Under the pieces are notes generated by a model. That model worked only from the letters and a program-made list of their open reading frames with translations. It was not told the DNA's origin and searched no databases. Both the position numbers and the translations under genes were made by a program. From an uncultured virus (IMG/VR IMGVR_UViG_650377941_000004) (taxonomy: Duplodnaviria > Heunggongvirae > Uroviricota > Caudoviricetes), in IMG/VR virus record IMGVR_UViG_650377941_000004: a DNA stretch of 64,000 nucleotides; one strand, given 5' to 3'. Below are positions 56,700-64,000 of this stretch, one piece after another. Numbering within the stretch: the first letter of the stretch is position 1; every line of letters begins with the position of its first letter.

Positions 56700-58345
56700 T
56701 TATCTCTCCTGCTGCGTCTGTTCTTCCTCCCGGAAAAAGGACGCAACATTCTGCTTTGCGGTTTTCAGTTTGAGCAGTTCTTCCTTAGCTTCCTTGTACT
56801 GCTCGTAGAACTTTGCCTTTTCGGATGCCAGCTGCGCATACTCGGCTTCCAGCTTTTTCGGGCTGGGCAGCTTGGTGAGGTTGTTTGCCTTGAAATAGGC
56901 TGCTGCCGCCCGGTACGCTGTCAGCTCTGCACGATGCTGTTCCTCAAAGACTGCGGGGCGCTTGGCGGTCTTTAACTGCTGGGCAACATTCTTGGTGCTG
57001 GTGTAGGCTGCGATATGATAGCGCAGCTCATTGTTGGTCTTCATGCGACCTTCGAGGTCTTTCACCACCGCCAGCGAGTCGTGATACTTGGCTTCCAGTT
57101 TGGCGATGCGCTGGTTCAAGGTGTCCTCGTCGGTCAAGCCCTTTTCCTGCAGAAGCNNNNNNNNNNNNNNNNNNNNNNNNNNNNNNNNNNNNNNNNNNNN
57201 NNNNNNNNNNNNNNNNNNNNNNNNNNNNNNNNNNNNNNNNNNNNNNNNNNNNNNNNNNNNNNNNNNNNNNNNNNNNNNNNNNNNNNNNNNNNNNNNNNNN
57301 NNNNNNNNNNNNNNNNNNNNNNNNNNNNNNNNNNNNNNNNNNNNNNNNNNNNNNNNNNNNNNNNNNNNNNNNNNNNNNNNNNNNNNNNNNNNNNNNNNNN
57401 NNNNNNNNNNNNNNNNNNNNNNNNNNNNNNNNNNNNNNNNNCGATGCGCTGGTTCAAGGTGTCCTCGTCGGTCAAGCCCTTTTCCTGCAGAAGCTTCACG
57501 GTCTGTGCCATAATTTTGAGATTGTGTTTCGTGAGCCAACGCTTATAGCCGATGCCCTTGTCCTCGATCATCCTCGACTGGATGTCGATCAGTTTCCCGA
57601 TGGCATCCTGCTTGAACTGCACCTTAGGTTTGCGTTCGGCGTTTGCCTGCAACGTGGCAAGCACTGCCGCCTTATCGAACTTGTCACTGAGATGTTTCGC
57701 TCGTATGAACTTTGTTCTTCCAGCAGGTAGATAACTTAGGCACCCACGACTTTCCTTGCCGGCAATTCCGTACTGCTGCAAGAGCCTGTCGGAAAAATCT
57801 TCAAAGCTGGTGGCACGGTACAATACAGACGAAATCTGTCTCCGCAAAGTGTCCTTCACGGTTTCAAACTTCTTCTGCTGGGGCGGCTGTCCAGCTGCGG
57901 TGAGGGCTGCGTTTTCGCGGTCAAGTTTCAACTGGCCGCGCCTGTGCGCCCAATACTCAGCTTCGCTCACACGCTCTTTCGAGCCGTTGAGCAGGTCGAT
58001 CTGGTACAGTCCGGCACCCTCGCACAGCTCCATGACCTCGACACGCAAATGCCGCATGGTCTGGGCTGTGCTGGAGTGCTTCATGCCCTCTAGCCAGTCA
58101 CGGGGCTTCTGCATATAGGGCTTGCGCTCCACCTCTCGTGTTCGGATGCTGCCGATCACGATGTGGACGTGGATGTTTCCCGGTACTGTTGTGCCCATCC
58201 GGGTGAGTGCAGACGATGGCAGGATGAGTGGGGAAGTTGTCCTTGCAGAACTGCAAGCCAAGGGCTTGCGCCCGCTCCATGGTCAGGCCGTTCTCTACTG
58301 CGTCCTTCGGGTCGAAGCTGATGATATAATGGTGGGTCTTCACGT
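56700..58345 (-). pseudogene. Relaxase (MOBP-like) remnant, 5'-truncated and frameshifted, spans an assembly gap
   Basis: KTHHYIISFDP and HPDGHN in one frame, NIHVHIVI in another; N-terminus missing. Confidence 0.7.
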
Positions 58346-58606
58346 CCGCAGACTGTTCGTAAAACAGTATTCAACAAATGACACGGCAACTGGATGTCAG
58401 GATTGGTTACTGTTCACTCCGCTAGGCCTAAAAAGCATTAAGTCCCATGACCACACCGCCGAGGTGTTGGCCATGGGACTTTTTGTGTCTGGGAGCGGCA
58501 CACCTCTATCGAGGTGTAACACACTAGACTTTGTTTCAAAGTCGTGTGCCAAAGGAGATTACGCTCCTTTGAAATTTCCGTCATCATAGAGGAAAGAAAC
58601 AATCTA

Positions 58607-59062
58607 TTAACTTTCCCATGCAGCAACAATGCTTCTTTCTGGGTTTTGAGGGTCAATAGTCACCTTTATAGGTGTTCCCTTGCTCACGAGAGGGTTGAAC
58701 CAAAACCAATGGGACTGTCCATAATAAGTGTCTTTTCCAATCTTGTATTGGTACCGAATCACCCAAGGATAAATTACATCTTCATCAGCAAGGTGATAGG
58801 TACTCATGTGGAATTTTATGTGAACCCTTTTTACTGCATTAACTTTTCCGGAAACAATCTTTCCGTTTTTCAGCAGGTCTGCTTTGCGGATGTCTGTAAT
58901 CCATGCTACCCCGATAATTGCCATAGCAATAAGCCACGCAGCTATGAGTGCCCCGATTCCAACTTGCTTATAGGCGATAGAAATCAGAAAAGCAACAAAA
59001 ATCCCAACAGCACCAAGAATATGGAGCAAATCTTTAGAAAAGAACTTATGGATTTTTTTCAT
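58607..59062 (-). CDS. Membrane protein, DUF3592-like
   Basis: Two TMs; G.V..V...I.Y.Y...G..Y...KG..IKV.IDP.NP. Confidence 0.7.
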   Translation of the reverse strand: MKKIHKFFSKDLLHILGAVGIFVAFLISIAYKQVGIGALIAAWLIAMAIIGVAWITDIRKADLLKNGKIVSGKVNAVKRVHIKFHMSTYHLADEDVIYPWVIRYQYKIGKDTYYGQSHWFWFNPLVSKGTPIKVTIDPQNPERSIVAAWES

Positions 59063-60003
59063 GGAAAGACACTTCCTTTCTCGGTAGACAACATTATTTG
59101 TTCTATTGTATCATATGCTCTGTGTTTTTTCAAACCAAGTCAAGTGATTGGTGAAACGACATGAAATAATTGCATCTCACGACAGGTCACCGAAGATAAT
59201 TGGATTTTTGCAAAAAAGAGGAGTAGTGTATCGTCGAAGGATGTGTTATACTCAGTCCATGGAACAATTATGAACTTTATTGTTACTCGGCAGGGTTTGG
59301 GGCAGGCACGCCCCAACAAGAAGCACTTCGGAAACGCACGAGCGTTGCAGAAGTGTAGTCCCGGAGGAACACAGAATTTTCAAGAATTGAAAATTTGTGT
59401 CCACGGGACGGTTCTTGCCCTCTACCGCTGCGCTCAAAACGCATTTTCAACAAATGTTTCCGAATTTTTAAGGCGCAAAAATAAGTAGAGGTGGTGCTGC
59501 TCATGTAATGGGGTCACCGTTTGCTCCGAACGAAGTTCCTGCCCCTGTTTGTGCAGCGGCGTTGACGGAAAGTCGGTATCACGTTCGGTCGGCTCATGAA
59601 ATTTTCAAGGTACAACTCCCGTAAAGAAAAATACCACCCTGCAAGACAGGCGAAAAATTTTGTCGGGTGAATCGGCGGCAAAATGAATCGGGTGTGTTGC
59701 GGGGCGGTAAATCTTTCAGGGATAATCCACGGTGAGGCAGTGTTCAAAATGAACACGACCACATTTTGTGGGTGGCTTCAAACCAATCCACAAAGACGGT
59801 GGGATTTACAAGAAAAATACCACTGTATGTGAAATTCGTCAAGAGGGTTTTGGAAAATTTATTACGGTAAAGTGGCGATAGTAAGACTTATCCGACAAAA
59901 AACAAAAGCATATGCAGAGAAATTTTGCGCACAAATTGGAAAATCGAGCTATCTGTGTTATACTCAAGTCAGAATTTGTTGAGCAAAACGGAGGTACTGA
60001 GCT

Positions 60004-61548
60004 ATGGCAGAGAAAAACACCGCCGACATTGGGTTTGAAAAGCAGATTTGGGATGCCGCCTGTGTGCTTCGGGGTAATATGGATGCTTCGGAGTATAAGG
60101 GCGTTGTCCTTGGTCTTATTTTCTTGAAATATATTTCGGATCGTTTTGAAGATAAGTACAATCAGCTGGTTGCAGACGGTGATGGTTTTGAGGAAGACCG
60201 TGACGAGTACACATCGGAAGGAATCTTCTTTGTGCCTGCTGGTGCGCGTTGGAGCGATGTTTCTGCAAAGGCACATGATCCCGAAATCGGTCAGGTAATC
60301 GATGATGCAATGCGTGCTATCGAAAAAGAAAACGCGCGCCTAAAAGATATTCTGCCGAAAAATTTTGCGCGTCCGGAATTAGATAAACGTCGGTTGGGCG
60401 AAGTTGTTGACCTGTTTACGAACATCAAAATGATTGAACACGGCAGCGAAAAGGACATTCTGGGGCGCACTTATGAATACTGCCTGTCGATGTTTGCAGA
60501 GCAGGAAGGCAAGCGCGGCGGCGAGTTCTTTACACCGTCCTGTGTTGTGCGGACACTGGTGGAAGTGCTGCAACCGTTTAAGGGACGAGTGTACGACCCT
60601 TGCTGCGGCAGCGGCGGTATGTTTGTTCAATCTGCAAAATTTGTAGAGAACCATAGCGGAAATATCAACGATATTTCAATTTATGGTCAGGATTCCAACC
60701 CGACTACATGGAAGCTGGCACAGATGAACCTTGCTATCCGTGGCATTGAACCCGACCTTGGCAAGTATGCAGCAGACACATTCCTTGATGACCAGCACCC
60801 GACCATGCGGGCAGACTATATTATGGCGAATCCCCCTTTTAACCTGTCGAATTGGGGCGCAGAGCAGCTCAAAGATGATGTACGCTGGCAGTATGGTATG
60901 CCGCCTGCAAGCAACGCGAACTTTGCATGGCTTCAGCACATGATTTATCATCTTGCGCCGGGTGGCCGCATGGGTATGGTGCTTGCAAACGGTTCGCTCT
61001 CTTCTCAGTCTGGCGGCGAAGGTGACATCCGCAAAAATATTGTGAATGCTGACCTTGTGGACTGCATCATTGCCATGCCGACACAGCTTTTCTATACCAC
61101 ACAGATTCCGGTTTCGCTCTGGTTTATCTCCAAACGCAAGAAACGAGCCGGAAAAACGTTGTTTATTGACGCCCGTAAGATGGGCGTTATGGTGAGCCGC
61201 AAACTGCGTGAACTTACAGATGGCACAAAAGAAGAATACAAAAACGAAGATGGTACATCAAAAAATGACATCAAAAAGATTGCCGATACCTACAATGCCT
61301 ATGTTAATGGTACACTGGAAGATGTAAAAGGTTTCTGCGCAGTTGTTGATACAGAGAAAATTGCAGAGCAAGATTATATTTTAACGCCGGGCCGTTATGT
61401 TGGGGTTGAGGAACAGGAAGATGATGGTGAGCCGTTTGAAGAAAAAATGGCTCGACTGACTTCTGAACTTTCGGATTTGTTTAAGCAGTCGCACAAGTTG
61501 GAAGCAGAAATCAAGGAGAAGCTGGGGGCGATTGGATATGAAGTTTGA
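60004..61548 (+). CDS. hsdM: Type I R-M methyltransferase subunit
   Basis: GEFFTP, VYDPCCGSGG, MANPPFN, LTPGRYV. Confidence 0.97.
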   Translation: MAEKNTADIGFEKQIWDAACVLRGNMDASEYKGVVLGLIFLKYISDRFEDKYNQLVADGDGFEEDRDEYTSEGIFFVPAGARWSDVSAKAHDPEIGQVIDDAMRAIEKENARLKDILPKNFARPELDKRRLGEVVDLFTNIKMIEHGSEKDILGRTYEYCLSMFAEQEGKRGGEFFTPSCVVRTLVEVLQPFKGRVYDPCCGSGGMFVQSAKFVENHSGNINDISIYGQDSNPTTWKLAQMNLAIRGIEPDLGKYAADTFLDDQHPTMRADYIMANPPFNLSNWGAEQLKDDVRWQYGMPPASNANFAWLQHMIYHLAPGGRMGMVLANGSLSSQSGGEGDIRKNIVNADLVDCIIAMPTQLFYTTQIPVSLWFISKRKKRAGKTLFIDARKMGVMVSRKLRELTDGTKEEYKNEDGTSKNDIKKIADTYNAYVNGTLEDVKGFCAVVDTEKIAEQDYILTPGRYVGVEEQEDDGEPFEEKMARLTSELSDLFKQSHKLEAEIKEKLGAIGYEV

Positions 61549-62746
61549 CATTTGGAAAGAGTGCCCGAAAGTACCGTTGCCCAGTGTTCTTTTAACGGTT
61601 GTTGACAACCGAGGAAAAACTGTACCAACTGCCCCTTCGGGACATAAACTAATTGCAACAAATTGTGTCAGAAATGAAAATCTATACCCTGTATATGAAA
61701 AAATTAGGTATCTCTCAGAGGAAACATACAGAACGTGGTTTAGAGCGCACCCTGAACCTGGAGATATTATTTTTGTGTGTAAAGGAACACCTGGAAGGGT
61801 GTGTTTGGTGCCCGATCCAATAGATTTTTGTATTGCGCAAGATATGGTTGCATTAAGAGCCGATCCTAAAATTGTATATAACAAATATCTTTTAGCTGTT
61901 TTGCGTAGTTTTCAAATTCAAGAGCAAATTCTAAGTACAAGTGTAGGTGATGTGATTCCACATTTCAAAAAAAGTTTTTTTGATCAAATAATGATTCCGA
62001 TACCGAATATGGATATTCAAAAGTCAATCGGTGATTTTTATTACACAATATCCGAGAAAACGGAGTTAAACAAAAAGATAAACGATAATTTAGAGCAGCA
62101 AGCCGCCACCTATTTTCAAGAATTATTTATCAACAATGCAAATCCCATGTGGCAAATCAGCACAATAAGTGACCTTGGAACTGTTGTGGGCGGTAGTACG
62201 CCTTCAAAAACCAAGCCTGAATACTATACCAATAATGGTATTGCGTGGATAACGCCAAAAGATTTATCTATCAACAAGTCCAAATTCATATCTCATGGCG
62301 AAAATGATATCACAGAACTTGGTTTGAAGAACAGCAGTGCAACAGTCATGCCCAAGGGTACAGTATTGTTTTCATCACGTGCTCCCATCGGATATATTGC
62401 AATTGCATCTAATGAAGTTACAACCAATCAAGGCTTTAAGTCTGTTATACCTTACTCGGAAATTGGAACAGCGTTTGTATACTTTTTCTTGAAACACAGT
62501 CTTCCGGTTATTGAGAGTGCAGCATCAGGCTCGACATTCAAAGAAATTTCAGGAAGTGCCATGAAGAATATCCCCGCCATCATTCCTGATCGGAACACAC
62601 TTGACCAATTTAATAGTTTCTGTGCGCCAATCTTTGCGCAACAAAAAATCTTGGAAGAGCAAAATCATTCACTTGCTATGCTAAGAGATAGTCTGTTACC
62701 TAAACTAATGTCTGGTGCAATTGATATCGCGAGTATTCAGATCTAA
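61538..62746 (+). CDS. hsdS: Type I R-M specificity subunit
   Basis: Two TRDs, INDNLEQQA linker, GGSTPS, SSRAPIG, LRDSLLPKLMSG. Confidence 0.93.
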   Translation: MKFDIWKECPKVPLPSVLLTVVDNRGKTVPTAPSGHKLIATNCVRNENLYPVYEKIRYLSEETYRTWFRAHPEPGDIIFVCKGTPGRVCLVPDPIDFCIAQDMVALRADPKIVYNKYLLAVLRSFQIQEQILSTSVGDVIPHFKKSFFDQIMIPIPNMDIQKSIGDFYYTISEKTELNKKINDNLEQQAATYFQELFINNANPMWQISTISDLGTVVGGSTPSKTKPEYYTNNGIAWITPKDLSINKSKFISHGENDITELGLKNSSATVMPKGTVLFSSRAPIGYIAIASNEVTTNQGFKSVIPYSEIGTAFVYFFLKHSLPVIESAASGSTFKEISGSAMKNIPAIIPDRNTLDQFNSFCAPIFAQQKILEEQNHSLAMLRDSLLPKLMSGAIDIASIQI

Positions 62747-62766
62747 GCCGCTAAATTATCGTTTAT
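62078..62766. repeat. 16-bp inverted repeats flanking hsdS TRD2
   Basis: ATAAACGATAATTTAG (62078-62093) / CTAAATTATCGTTTAT (62751-62766). Confidence 0.85.
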
Positions 62767-62786
62767 AAAAGATATGAAGGGATAAT

Positions 62787-64000
62787 ATGGAAGATTTTGA
62801 TAATGCTAAGACAAGAAATCCGAGGGAATGCGTTGTTACAAACCTTAATAGCTACCTGACCTACATTTCTGATATAAAGGAAACCATAAAGAAAGAGGAA
62901 GGTGCGGAAGTAAGCGCAAAGCATTATTTCTTCCGTGGACAGGCCAGCAACGAATGGAACGTCATGCCGGGAGTGTTCCGTGGTGGGATGCTGCCACATG
63001 AAGCAGAATTGATAAATGCGGCTTACACACGAAATCCCGATGACTTCCGGCAACTGACAACAGATTTTGAAAAACTCGCAAAATTGCAGCACTACGGATT
63101 GCCGACAAGACTGTTGGACGTGACGGAGAATCCGCTAGTGGCACTGTATTTTGCTTGCCAGAACAATCAAGAGAGAAAGACAAATGACGGGAAGACCACA
63201 TTGTTGCCGCCGACCGATGGAAAAATCTATTATAAGCGCGATTACGGAAAAAGCTATAGCGACATAGAGATCAAAGTGCTGGCATATTTAGCGAGTCATA
63301 AAATTTCGGGCGATTATACATTAGAAAAGCTGCTCTCGGATTTGAACAAGTATGGAATTTATACAGATAAAGAGGTAAAAGAGTGCGAGGCAAGCGAGTA
63401 CAAAAGCTTGCTTTCGACTATTCAAAGAAATTATTTTGTGATTTCCAACTTGAATAATGAAAGATTGGTACGGCAAAGCGGCTCTTTTTTGATCTGCGGA
63501 AAATATAATGTTCAGCTGAAAGAAAAACTCGGACAGAGCATTGTTAAACGGGCATATAGTGATGTCCAAGATGAATTTGAACTTCAAAGTTTTAGAATAC
63601 CAGCGGGAAGAAAAGATGCGATTTTAGAGGAACTGAGTTTTTACAACATCAACGAAGGGACGCTGTTCCCGGAACTTGAGCACCAGATGGCATATATTAA
63701 AAGCAATTATGCGAACACACAAAAGCCTATGGTTGATCGGTTTGTGAAAACAGAAGTTCCGATAACAAGTATTAGAGAAGTGCGTGATTCAGATGTTTCA
63801 GACGATAAAGTGGACGAGATTATTCGAGAAGCATTGCATAATGCTGTGCATCCAGAAATTTTTGATGATTGTTACGTTGCAATTCAAAAGAATCTGATGC
63901 CGGATTGGTATCGCAAGGAAATTGGACTCAGTAAAGTTCGATTGGCACTGACGGACACATTGGATAATGGTACGCCGATAGGACGTGCGATGGCAAAAAG
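62787..64000 (+). CDS. FRG-domain protein (runs off the window end)
   Basis: YFFRGQ, LQHYGLPTRLLDVTENPLVALYFAC, RLVRQSG.F, LFPELE. Confidence 0.9.
   Translation, partial: MEDFDNAKTRNPRECVVTNLNSYLTYISDIKETIKKEEGAEVSAKHYFFRGQASNEWNVMPGVFRGGMLPHEAELINAAYTRNPDDFRQLTTDFEKLAKLQHYGLPTRLLDVTENPLVALYFACQNNQERKTNDGKTTLLPPTDGKIYYKRDYGKSYSDIEIKVLAYLASHKISGDYTLEKLLSDLNKYGIYTDKEVKECEASEYKSLLSTIQRNYFVISNLNNERLVRQSGSFLICGKYNVQLKEKLGQSIVKRAYSDVQDEFELQSFRIPAGRKDAILEELSFYNINEGTLFPELEHQMAYIKSNYANTQKPMVDRFVKTEVPITSIREVRDSDVSDDKVDEIIREALHNAVHPEIFDDCYVAIQKNLMPDWYRKEIGLSKVRLALTDTLDNGTPIGRAMAK

Noticed and set aside
57103..57494. ~53-bp direct repeat flanking the N gap
   Set aside because: Identical contig-end overlap within the relaxase; most likely a scaffolding artefact.
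59160..59900. Short ORFs upstream of hsdM
   Set aside because: No RBS or motif support; probably decayed intergenic DNA.

Overview
Positions ~33-53469 are an apparently complete ~53.4 kb temperate prophage of a gut Clostridia host (Faecalibacterium/Oscillospiraceae-like by gene content; not verified). It is integrated by a large serine recombinase at the 3' end of a tRNA gene. It has a cI/cro switch, an early region (HD protein, permuted C5 methyltransferase, SPFH protein, HUH-type Rep), lambda-like head genes, a P2-like contractile tail and a lysis module. Highlights: (1) a complete diversity-generating retroelement (Avd, TR, RT) whose single TR matches two variable regions, one in the adjacent tail-module gene and one ~37 kb away in an early gene; (2) a leftward operon next to the packaging genes whose genes are separated by 7 copies of a covarying ~55-70 nt structured repeat, carrying anti-defence-like cargo, a divergent RHH regulator and an embedded type I TA-like peptide/sRNA pair; (3) several hairpin-ATAT-tRNA-like modules in the early region, one sharing sequence with that repeat; (4) an att site lying inside the integrase gene. 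Beyond attR are an IrrE/ImmA + DUF4411 PIN pair, a decayed mobilizable element, and a type I R-M locus (hsdM, hsdS with 16-bp inverted repeats, FRG-domain gene). Two N gaps (23780-24219, 57157-57441) limit what can be seen. All family calls come from motif recognition, not database searches.
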